From assembly GCF_004010195.1 (NCBI RefSeq), contig NC_057719.1, positions 47,741,808 to 47,805,807 of the forward strand: DNA of 64,000 nt. The letters run 5' to 3'. The position numbers and the translations under genes are program-made. Every line of letters starts with the position of its first letter. Within the stretch, counting starts at the first letter, position 1. Under the pieces are notes generated by a model. That model was not told the DNA's origin, ran no database searches, and saw nothing but the letters and a program-made list of their open reading frames with translations. Shown here piece by piece: positions 11,880 through 23,079 of the stretch. This stretch comes from Chiloscyllium plagiosum. Its lineage: Eukaryota.

Positions 11880-14475
11880 AGTCGAGTCGTAGAGATCTAC
11901 AGCACAGAAAAAGATCCTTCAGCCCATCATTCTACACCAGTCAAAAACAACCATTACTCCATTTTCCATCATTTGGCCCATAGCCTTGTATGCCTTAGCA
12001 TCACAAATTCACATCTAAATACTTCTTAAATGCATTGAAGGTTTCAGCTTCTACTGTCCTTACAGGCACTGAATTCTAATTTCCCACAACCCTCTGGGTG
12101 AAAAACATTTTCCTCAAATTTCCTCTAAATCTCCTATCCCTTGCCTTAAACCTGTGCCCCTGATTATTGCACCCTCCACCAAGGGGAAAAGTTGCCTTCT
12201 ATATTTGATGAATCTATGTCCTTTATAATTTTATACATCTCAGTCATGTTCCTTCTCCATCTCCTCTCCTCTAAGGAAAACAGCCCCAAGTCTGTCCAAT
12301 CTCTCCACGTAAATGAAACTCTCCAGTTCAGGCAACATCCTGGTAAATCCCCTTTGCATCCTCTCCAGTGTTATCACATCCCTCCCATAATGTGGGTTCC
12401 GGAACTGCACACAATACTCTAGCTGAGACCTAACCAAAGATTTACACAGGTCCAGCATAACCTCTCTGCTCTTAAACTCTGTGCTTTGGCTAATAAAGCA
12501 AGTATACTATATGCCTTCATAACCACTTTTTCCACCTGTCCTGATACTTTAGGGGAATGATGTACATGCAAATCAAGGTCCTTTTGATTCTCTGTGTTTC
12601 CCAAGGTCCAACCATTCATTATGTATTCTATTGCCTTGTTTGTCCTGCTCAAGTACATCACCTCACATTCATCTGGATTGAATTCCATTTGTCACTGATC
12701 AACCCTTTATGGATATGGATATGGATATGGATCAGCCTATCTATATCCTCGTGTAATCTAAAACTATCCTTATTAATTAGCACCCCACCAATTTTTGTAT
12801 TATCTGCAAACTTACTGATAAACCCTCCTACATTCAAGTCTAAATCATTTATATAAACTACAATAGCAAGGGCCCTACCACTGACCCCTGTGGGGTACCA
12901 TTGGACACAGACTTCTGGTTGGAAAACATCTCTCAACCATCATCCTCTGTTTTTGCCACTTAGCCAATTGTGGATCCAATTAGCCAACTTTTCTTGAATT
13001 CTGTGCTCTCTTAATTTTGCTATCAGTTTCCCATGTGGGACTTTATCAAAAGCTTTGCTGAAGTGCAAGTAGATGACATCAAAAGAATTACTTCATCTAC
13101 ACACCTAATCACCTTTTCGAAAAATTCAGTCAAGTTGGTCAGACATGACCTGCCCTTAAAAAAACCCAGGATGACTGTCTTTATTTACTCCTTGCTTCCC
13201 CAAATGCAGATTAATCCTGTCCCCCACAACTGCTTCCATCACTGAGTTTAGATTAGATTGAACGGTCTTTAGTTTCCTGGTTTATCATTGCTTTCTTCTT
13301 GAATAATGATACCATGTTGGCATCCTCCAGTCTCTGGCACATCTCCTATGGTCAAAAGGGAATTTAAAAATGTTGCCAATGCCTCTGCTATTTCCTTCTT
13401 TGCATCATTCAAGGACAACTTCATCTGAACCTGGAAATTTAACTGCTTTTAAGTGTGCTAATCCACTCAGAATGTGTTCTTTATCCATGCTAATTTTATA
13501 AATTGTATTACAGACCTCCTCCCTGATTTCTATACCCAGCTTGTCCCTCTCAGCAGCGAACAACAAAAGTATTCATTTAGAACCCTACCACCGTGGGTGG
13601 CACGGTGGCACAGTGGTTAGCACTGCTGCCTCGCAGCGCCAGAGACCCGGGTTCAATTCCCGACTCAGGCAACTGACTGTGTGGAGTTTGCACGTTCTCC
13701 CCGTGTCTGTGTGGGTTTCCTCTGCATGCTCCGGTTTCCTCCCACAGTCCAGGTGAATTGGCCATGTGAAATTGCCCGTAGTGTTAGGTAAAGGGGTAAA
13801 TATAAGGGAATGGGTGGGTTGCGCTTCGGCGGGTCGGTGTGGACTTGTTGGGCCGAAGGGCCTGTTTCCACACTGTAAGTAATCTAATCTAATCTAATAC
13901 CTCCTCTGGCTCCACACAGAAATTATTGTGTGATCCTGAAGGGGCCCCACTCCTTCCCTCTTTGTCCTTTTACCCTTAATGCATTTTTAAAATAACTTAG
14001 TATTTTCTTTTATTTTACTTACCATGCTCCCTTTCAGCTCTCCTAATTTTTTTAAGTTCCCTCTTGCGCAGTCTACATTCCTCTTGGGCTCTTGCTGTTT
14101 TGAGATCTTAGTATCTGTTATAGCCTCTCTTTATCTCTTAATCCAATACTGTATATCTCTGGATATCCAGGGTTCACAGCACTTGATGCTCCCACCCTTT
14201 GTCTTCACTGGAACATGTTAACCCTGTACTCTCCAATTTTCCTTCTTGAATGCATTCTATTGTTCTGAGGAAGATTTACCTGAATCTACCTGCTCCCACT
14301 CTGTCCAAATCATGACTGATTTTCTTAAATTCAGCCTTTCGCCCAATTGAGAACCTAAAATTAAGCACAGGATCACCCCCTGTGTTGTAGGGACTTCTAT
14401 GTACGAGCTTAAAAAGTGCATTTTAAGCATTCCACTCCCTCTGAACCTTTCACACTATGACTATCCCAGTTACGT
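11880..14475 (-). mobile_element. CR1-clade LINE, decayed, interrupted by the SINE at 13595
   Basis: YINDLD/FADNTK and LERMQRGFTRMLP remnants on the minus strand. Confidence 0.85.
13595..13897 (+). mobile_element. tRNA-derived SINE (HE1/V-SINE-like), near full length
   Basis: ggcacggtggcacagtggttagcactgctgcc...gggttcaattcccg head and aatctaatct tail. Confidence 0.9.
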
Positions 14476-14481
14476 TGCAAA

Positions 14482-16050
14482 ATTATTAGTAAATTTGCAT
14501 ATTACACCAAAGTTGGTAGTGTAGTGGACAGTGAAGAAGGTTATCTCACAACAGGACCTTGATCAGATGAGCCAATGGGCCAAACGATCCAAAGATAGGT
14601 GGAGGAGCAGTAAGTATTGAGAGGCAGGAAAGCTGCAGAAGAGTTTAGACAGTTTAGGAGAGTGGGCAAAGAAATGGCAGATGAAATACAATATGGGAAA
14701 GTATGAGGGTATGCACTTTGGTAGGAGGAATAGAGGCATGGACTATTTTCTAAATGGGGAGAAAATTCAGAAACCTGAAGTGCAAAGGGACTTGGGAGTC
14801 CGAGTCCAGGTTTCTCCTAAGGTTTACTTGCAGGTTGAGTCAGTAGTTAGGAAGGCAAATATAATGTTGTCATTCATCTTGAAAGGACGAGAATATAAAA
14901 GCAGGTATGTACTTCTGAGACTTTGTAAGCCTCTGGTCAGACCACATTTAGAGTATTGTGAACAATTTTGGGCCTCAGGAAGGATGTGTTAGCCCTGGAG
15001 TAAGTCCAAAGAAGGTTCATGAGAATGATTCCAGGAATGAAAGGCTTAACATATGAGGAATGTTTGAATGGAACTATACTCGATGAAGATTGAGAAGGAT
15101 GAGGGAGGATCTGATTGAAACTTACAGAATACTGAACGGCCTGGACAGAGTGGACATTGGAAAGATGTTTCCATTGGCAGGAGAGAAGAGGATCCAAGGG
15201 CACAGCCTTAGAGTATAGGGAAGACCCTTTAGAACAGAGATAAAGAGAAACTTCATCAGCCAGAGAGTGGTGAATCTGTGGAATTTAATGCCATAGAAGG
15301 CTGTGGACGACAGGTCATTAAGTACATTTAAAACAGAGATAGGTAAGTTCTTGAATGCCAAGGAAATCAAAGGTTATGGGGTGAAAGCAGGAAAATGGGA
15401 TAGAAAAACTTATCAGCCATGATTAAATGGCGGAGCATACTTAATGTGCTGAATGGCCTAATTTCTGCTCCTATGTCTTATGGTCTTATGGATCGAGGAA
15501 TGACAGATGGCATTTAATTTAGATAAATGTGAGATGCTGCATTTTAGAAAGACAAATCAGAACAGGGCTTACACAGGGCTTAATGAGAAGGTCCTGGGGA
15601 ATGTTGCCGAACAAAGAATCCTTAGGGATGCAGGTTCATAGTTCCTTGAAGGTGGAGCCACAGGTAGACATGGTCGTGAAGAAGGCATTTGGATCACTTG
15701 CCTTTATTGGTCAGTACACTGAGCATAGGAGTTGAATGTCATGCTGAGGCTATACAGGACTTTGGTTAGGCCACTTTTGGAATACTGCATTCACTTCTGA
15801 GCTCCCTGCTTTAGGAAAGATGCTGTGAAACTTGAAAGTGTGCAGAAAAGATTTACAAGGATGTTGCCAAGGTTGGAGGGGTTAAGCTATAGGGAGAAGC
15901 TGAAAAAGCTGGGGCTATTTTCCTTGGAGCATCAGAGGCTGAGGTACGTGAACAGGAAGGGGACTAGATTAATTTAGGATATCTGGTCTGCATGAACAAG
16001 TTGAACCAAATGGTCTGTTTCTGTGCAGTACAATTCTACAACATATGACT
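14482..16050 (+). mobile_element. Nested CR1 fragments (one CR1 3' part at about 14581-15490 inserted into another)
   Basis: RT C-terminal motifs occur twice. The host copy resumes near 15491. Confidence 0.8.
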
Positions 16051-16172
16051 GTAAGTTGAAATCCCCCACTATCAGTACCTTATGACTTTTGACAGATTGT
16101 CTTTTTCAGAGATTGTACCTTATGTATAACACTGGATCACATTTAAACATTTAAAATAATAATCTGTCGTAC

Positions 16173-16221
16173 CTTTCATTTGATCTTCAGAACTTGGCAA
16201 ACTGTTGCTGCAGTTTAACAT
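16173..16221 (-). CDS. OST-alpha-like (SLC51A-like) coding exon 1: MLNCSNSLPSSEDQMK(G)
   Basis: ATG in acaatcATG context with an in-frame TGA upstream. Ends AAAG|gtacga (phase 1), which joins the next exon's GT to make Gly. C-x3-LP pattern resembles the OSTa N-terminus. Confidence 0.7.
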
Positions 16222-16299
16222 GATTGTTGTCGGTAAAGCTTCAATCAAAGCGTTGTTCAAGGAATTTCAGACAAGATTCTGTATTTCACTATAGTTGAA

Positions 16300-16490
16300 G
16301 ATTGCTATATATTCTTCCCAATAAATGTAATAATCCTTTCTGATACTTCTATGCAGAGAATGTTGTCAAAGGTGCTTATGTGTGATGCATCGTGTACACG
16401 GCAATAAGTACAGTACACTTTGTCTCCAATAAAATGCAACCAGAAATAATGTGAGAAAAATGAACTTTGTACCCTCTGTGTAAACACTAA
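16300..16490 (-). promoter_or_regulatory. Candidate proximal promoter of the OSTa-like gene
   Basis: TATATA at 16306-16311, about 85 bp upstream of the ATG. HNF4-like TGAACTTTGTACC at 16461-16473. Forkhead-like TGTAAACA near 16479-16486. Motif matches only. Confidence 0.35.
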
Positions 16491-17195
16491 TGACCTTTTT
16501 GATGTTTTTAAAGCACTGTACCTATAACGTGTTCTTCATACAACGTCTGAAACTACAGATACTTATCTATAATATTCCCTGAATCAAGTTAAAAAAATTA
16601 AAAGGAAATACTTAGGTCCAATATTTACCATCTACAAAGGGTTAAAGTATTATCAGTCAGAGACTGGTACCAGTCAGCAAAAGCAAACATTTTTATCATG
16701 CTGCAGGAATGTCATATGTACACAGTGAGTCTCAGAATTAAGAGAAATGGATTATTTCAAAATTTACTGTAAAGTTAGATCCCTGAAGTATCAAGATATT
16801 TAATCAGGACATAACAAATAAGGATTTCTTTGTAGTTCATAGCATAAAAGAAGTTTGCAATTTTAACATCTGGATTGTGAATTTTCATTTTAAATTTGAT
16901 TTCTGTTAGCTGCTTTCCTCACAATTTCAAATGTGGTCTGAAATACAAAGCTGGAAAGAAATTATTAAAAGCTGATTGTTTGAAGCAAATTAACTGAGTG
17001 CTGGGTAAAACTTGTAAATAGGGTAGAAGTGTAAATTTGGGTAAGTTCACATAATCATTATATTAATCAAGAGTAGTTATTTCAGTTTAGTAAACTTGGT
17101 CGAACAAGGATTTATATAATCAGGTTAATATACATGAAACAAAGTTCCTTGATTTTGCATGTTATAATAGAAAAAAAATCAAATGGGTTTCATTA

Positions 17196-19040
17196 TGTAG
17201 TGATTGTAATGAGGCCAGCCAGGTGGACATCATAGAATTTGAGTTCCTTGAGTGGGGCTGTAACCTGGTCCTATCAGGGAGCCCTGGCTCACAGAGAATT
17301 AGCTGTGAGAAGTCACACCAATGTTAAATAGATGGTGAGTTGGTGACAGTATACCAAGGGGTTATTTCAGAGGTGACAAGAGGAAAAAAATATGCTTTTG
17401 AAGAAATTTGCTCACAGCTGTCAGCTGTGAGAGGGTTAAGTATTTCTGGTATCATGCCATTATTTGGGAAGTTTGACTCATTTGATCCTACCATCCAAGA
17501 CTGATTCCAGTATGTGGAAAGAATGCTTTGTAGTAAAAGTCTCGGGCGTAAGCCTGATGGGATGAAATTGGTTGAGAAAGATTCATCTTGATTGGTTTAA
17601 CATTTTTCAATTAGAAAATGGCTGCCTGAGGGAACTACTAAGTAAGTACAGTTTATGGAATGGGCAGCCAATGATTATGCTAATTGGGAAGTCCGACTAG
17701 TCAGTTCACCTTTGTGGGTATTTTAAACAAACAGTAAACTGCTTCTCACAGCTGGCTAAATATCCAATCCCTCACATAGAAGAGTTATACGTAAAGCTGG
17801 CGGGGGAGGCTTGCCTTTCACAAAACTGGGCATGAGCCATGCGTGCCTGCAATTGTGGTTAGATGGAGATTCCCAGAATTATGCTACAATATAAGGGGTT
17901 GTATCAATATATAAGACCACCATGTGGAGTATCATCAGCATGTGCCATTTTTCAGGGATGATGGAGAGCATTTTCTAATGTCTACTCCAGGTTACCATTT
18001 ATCAGGATGATGTGCTAATAAAGAAACCTTAGTGAACTTGAACATCATCCTTAAATGTTTCTCCTAGGCGGGCATATGCCTTAAATGGGAAAATGTGTGT
18101 TCCAGGCATCCAACATACCTACTTGAGCTACAGAATTTACAAGACCAGGTTACACCCATTGGAAGATAAAGTGAGGCCAATCAAAGGTGACCCAGCTGAG
18201 AAAGGGTCAGCCTTGGAAATGGTCTTGCAGCCTAGTTGTAGCCTATAGGAAAGTGAAGAAGCAGCTCTCATTGCCTAAGGTGTTGGAACACTATGTTCCT
18301 GAGTCAGATCTGGTACTGACATGTGATGCCTCCCCATATGGTACTGGTAAATTTTGGCTCATAGATGGCTTAATGGAAAAGAATGCCCAATAGTGTATGC
18401 ATCCTGGGCTTTGGCTAATGCAGAGTGAAAATACACCCAGTTAGAGAAGGAAGGTTTTCTTAGGTGTGAGAATGTTCCAACAATACCTGTATGGATGTAA
18501 ATTTGTAACAGTAACAGACCACTACCCCTGCTGGGACTACTCAAAGAGGACAAGGCCATACCGCCCATAGCTTCAGGTCAAATTCAACAGTGGGCTGTCA
18601 TTCTAAATGCATACAATTACAAGTTGAAACACTATCCAGGTGGCTAAGTAACAAATGTGGCTGCCTTAAGTTGCCTCCTGCTAGCATTTACACCACTAGA
18701 GGTACTGCCAATGGAAGAGTCCACTTTCTGGACACCCTTCGGTGATGGCTGGCAATATTAGACTGTGGACACAAAAGGATCTGATCTTGGCAAACCTAAA
18801 ACAGCTGCTGGTGATGGGGGAAACTAAAGGGCCATCACAGCCAGAACTGAAACCTTTCTGGACTTGGCAAGACCAGATCACCATTGAGGATCGCACTTTA
18901 TTACGAGGAGCAAGAGTGATTGTCTGAGCAAAGGTCACTGCCAGGTACAAGCTGAACTCCACCAGGGTCATCCAAGGGTGTCCAAAATGAAGATATTGGT
19001 GAGAGCAGGTGGCCAGGACTGAATGCAACCATGGATACAA
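17196..19040 (+). mobile_element. Decayed, internally deleted Ty3/Gypsy LTR retrotransposon (element A)
   Basis: TG...CA LTR-like segment at about 17196-17369 and a PBS-like stretch. Gag start MPLFGKFDSFDP at 17454, RT remnants YPIP / YQDDVLI at 18000, RNase H LVLTCDASPYG, integrase zinc remnant ELHQGHP. Many stops and frameshifts. Confidence 0.8.
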
Positions 19041-19043
19041 CCA

Positions 19044-22000
19044 TGGAGAGAGAAATGGCTCTTAAAATTACTGAAGAGGTTCTGGAATTTGAAGGTGATT
19101 CTCAGATTTACCAAGAAAGTTTAAAAGGAAAGAAAAAGGCCATACTTTTAGAATTAGAAAATAAGTTAAATTTGGATTTAACCAAGGACAAAAGTAAAGC
19201 TGAAATTCTAAGGGAATTACTCAAACACTGAGGTGTGTCAGAAAAACAGACAAGTGCAGTAGAGGTAGAAAAATTTAAATTATAATTGAGGAAAATGGAG
19301 TTAGAAGGCAAACAAAGGGAGAGAGAGAAAAAGGAAAAAGAGAGAGAGGGGAAACAGAGAGAGAGAGAGAGAAGGTTCTTGGCAGACCAAAGAGAGAGAG
19401 AAGAGAGAATTTGAACTTGAGAAGTTGTGACTTAGCGAAGTCACGTTAACAGGATGGAGATTAAAAGAGAAGGTAGAGAAGGTATATATATATATATATC
19501 AAATCTCTGCCACATTTTGATGAGAAAGATGTTGAAGCATTCTTTATTTCATTCGAAAAATTGGCTAGGCAGATGGAGTGGTCTGAGGATTTTTGAGTAA
19601 TGCTAGTTCAGACTAAACTGGTAGGCACAGCAAGTGAGGTGTTTGCTGCACTGTCAGATGAGGTGTCAAGTGATTATGAAGAGGTTAAACAGGCTATTAT
19701 AAGTGTTTGTGAATTGGTACCAGAAGCATATAGACAGCAATACAAAAACGGAACTAGGTCAGCCTTCAGTTGAGTTTGAAAGAATTAAACACAGTAATTT
19801 TGATCAACGGGTGCGCGCTTTGAAAATAGATAGAACATTTGAGGCTCTAAGAGAGATTATTGTGCTGGAGGTGTTTAAAAACTCACTTCCAGAGATGGTA
19901 AGAATTCATGTGAGGAACAAAATGTTCAGGAAGTGAGAAGGGCAGCAGAATTAGCAGATGAATACTTACTGGTGCATATGACAAGCTTCCAGAATTTCAT
20001 CCTGTGAGGGATCCTACATTACTAAACCAAGAGTTGCAGGAGAGTGCACAGCCGAGGCAGGGGCTGGGTATGGAGTTAGTACCTGATCTCGACAAAGAAT
20101 TCACCTCTGTGGGTAAAGTTTACTCCAAAAGAACAGGGGGGTGAAGGACAAGTTATAATTTTGAGAGATACAGGATATAACCAGTTGCTGATAGTAAGGT
20201 ATGAAAGAATATGCACTCACTCTGATCTGTTACCCGTGAGTGTGGCAATTTGTAGGATAGATGCACAGACATTTAGCGTTCCTCTATGCAAGATCAGGTT
20301 GGAGTGCCAACTTAAGACTGGGGAAATTACAATGGGAGTGATTGACAGAGTGTCAGTTCCAAGAATTCAGTTTGTTCTTGGGAATGATTTGGCAGGATCC
20401 AAGGTGGGAGTGTTACCCCTTATTGTGGAGAAGCCCAAGGAAGACCAAGAAACTGAGGAGTTAAAACAGAAATATATCCTGGTATTTTCCCAGACTCTGT
20501 AGTAACCAGATCCCACTATCATCAGTCACTGCACGAAGTGAAAAGTAAAGAGAAAGATGAAGGAGTTGATGTTCAATTAGTGGACACCCTGTTTGACATA
20601 ATGGTGCAGGAAAATCCTGAACAGGCAGAGGGTCAGACAGAAGTGTTTAGTCCTGAAAGGCTAAGAAACTTGCAACAGCAAGACAAGACGATAAAGAATA
20701 CATATGTGGATACATACTTTGAAAAGGAGGCAGAGAATATTCTGAAAGGAGGGTTATTATCTGAAAGATAGAATTCTCAGACAGAAATGGAGTCCACAGC
20801 AGGTTAGTGCAGAGGAGAAATGGGCCGAACTACTTGTAGGAGGTCACCTAGGGGTACGAATGACTCAGGCTAAGGTACAAAAACATTTTTATTGGCCTGG
20901 AATGCACAAGGAAGTGGCTAACTATTGGCATACGTGTCATACATGCCAGATGTTAGGTAGGCCACAGGCGGTAATGGAACCCGCACATTTTGTTACCAAT
21001 TCCTGCATTCAAAGAGCCTTTTACCCAGGTTATAATTGATTGTTAGGTCCCCTCCTGAGAACTAAAAGTGGGAAACAGTACTTATTAACCATAATGGATG
21101 TGTCTACCAGATTTCCGGATGCAATTCCATTATGGAGTATCAGGGCAAAAAGGATAGTAGAGGGGTTAATAGCTTTCTTCACCGGTATGAGCTACCCAGA
21201 GAGATTCAGTCAGACCAAGGGTCAAAATTTACTGCTAGGCTGTTTAAGGAGGTTATGGATAGCTTAGGAATACAGCAATTTAAATTCAGCGTGTATCATC
21301 CTGAATCCCAGGGAACTTTAGAAAGGTGGCATCAGACCTTGAAGACCATGTTGAGAGCATACTGTCAGGATTACCTGAATGATTGGGATAAAGGTATCCC
21401 ATTCATATTGTTTGCCATTAGAACAAATCTACTCAGTTTACTCCCTTTGAGTTAATATTCGGTCATGAAGTGAGAGACCCTTTGAAATTAATTAAAGAAA
21501 AATTGGCAGGACCAAAGTCTGAGATCTCACACTTAGATTATGTATTGGAGGTGAGGGAGAGACTAAATTGAGTAGGTGAGTTAGCTAAACAGCACCTCAA
21601 GAGGGCACAGTATAGAATGAAACAGGTGGCAGATAAAAGATCTGAGACTCGGACGTTCTTCCAAGAGGATAATGTATTAGTTAGTACTGTTACTTCAAAG
21701 CCAGGTTTAGTGGTCCCTATCAAATTAAGAAAAAGTTGAGTCAGGTGAACTATCTAGTAAAGGTGGCAGATAGAAAAAAAGGTATCGGGTATGTCATGTG
21801 AATATGTTGACTCGGACGTTCTTCCAAGAGGATAATGTATTAGTTAGTACTGTTACTTCAAAGCCAGGTTTAGTGGTCCCTATCAAATTAAGAAAAAGTT
21901 GAGTTAGGTGAACTATCTAGTAAAGATGGCAGATAGAAAAAAAAGGTATCGGGTATGTCATGTGAATATGTTGAAACCATACTATAGGAGAGAGAAAGAA

Positions 22001-22640
22001 CTGGAGAAACAGGTGTTTGTTACTGCCCCGCAGATTGAGGGATCAAATCCAGACGATGTGGATTTTGATGTGCCTCAAAATAGTTTTTAAAAATGAAGAA
22101 GTCCTTGAGGCGTTGGATAGCTCAGTAAGTTATCTGTCTCAGGAACATAGAATGCAGTTGAAAGATTTGTTACTGCAGTACAAGGGCATATGTAAGAATC
22201 AGATGGGGAGAACTAATGCTATTGTACATGAAGTAGATGAAGGGAATACTGCTCTGATAAAACAACACCCCTATTGGCTTAATCCTTTCAAAGCCAGACA
22301 CGTCCAGATGGAAGTGGATACCATGGTCGACAAGAACATCGTCAAGCCAAACCAGAGTGAGTGGAGTTTGCCAATCGTCAAAGTTTCCAAACCGGACAGA
22401 GCTCAACCATTCTGTGTGGATTATCGGAAGGTCAACGTCGTTACAAAATCAGACTCCTATCCAATTCCTAGATTGGAGGACTCTTTCGAGAAAGTTGGAC
22501 AAGTTAGTTACATCACCAAGTTGGACTTAACGTGTGGTTACTGGCAAGTACTTTTAACAGAGACGGCGAAAAAGATTTCTGCATTTGTAACCCCAAATGC
22601 GCTATATCAGTTTAAAGTGATGCCCTTTGGAATGAAAAAC
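19044..22640 (+). mobile_element. Decayed Gmr1-like Ty3/Gypsy element (gag-PR-IN-RT order), 3' truncated (element B)
   Basis: Gag with a SCAN-like C-terminal segment (LREIIVLEVFKNSLP), protease remnant (LGNDLAG). Integrase (GGHLG, FYWPGM, CHTC, EIQSDQG, HPESQGTLERWHQTLK) at about 20830-21450 precedes RT (FCVDYRKVN, DSYPIPR, KLDLTCGYWQV, MPFGMKN) at about 22100-22640. Confidence 0.88.
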
Positions 22641-23079
22641 ACTTCAAATCATGTTGATCTTGTTGATGATGATCTTGCTTCATTGCACATCCTGTGCAGT
22701 GTAACCTGTATGCCTCACTCTATCTAAGCACCCTACATCGCTAAGTACTTGCTTACTATGATCTGCCTGTATCGCTCGCAAACAAAGCTTTTCATTGTAA
22801 TTCAGTACATGTGAGTACAATAAATCAAATCCAAGCGAATGATCAGTTCTTGGTGTTAGATTGAAAAGCCAATTGATGCCTGATTACAATTTATAGTCAC
22901 AGAATCATAGTAAAAACATATCTGCCAAAAGTGCTAAAGTTTTGAATCATTATATCTAGAAATTCTCATTGGTGGAATGGTAATGTTTGAATACAAGTTC
23001 CATTGCAATTTAATAAGGTTTAGTCCAGTAAAAGTCTGAGCAACAAGTACCATATTTATATTTTAAGAACAAGACAAGA

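Noticed and set aside
13595..13670. tRNA genes (also 7603, 32273, 56525-56599)
   Set aside because: tRNA-like heads continue into SINE body and tail, so these are SINEs.
16484..16496. FXR IR-1 element
   Set aside because: Only one half-site (TGACCT) matches.
22017..22727. Functional or domesticated reverse transcriptase
   Set aside because: Truncated before the YxDD motif and runs into an unrelated LINE tail.
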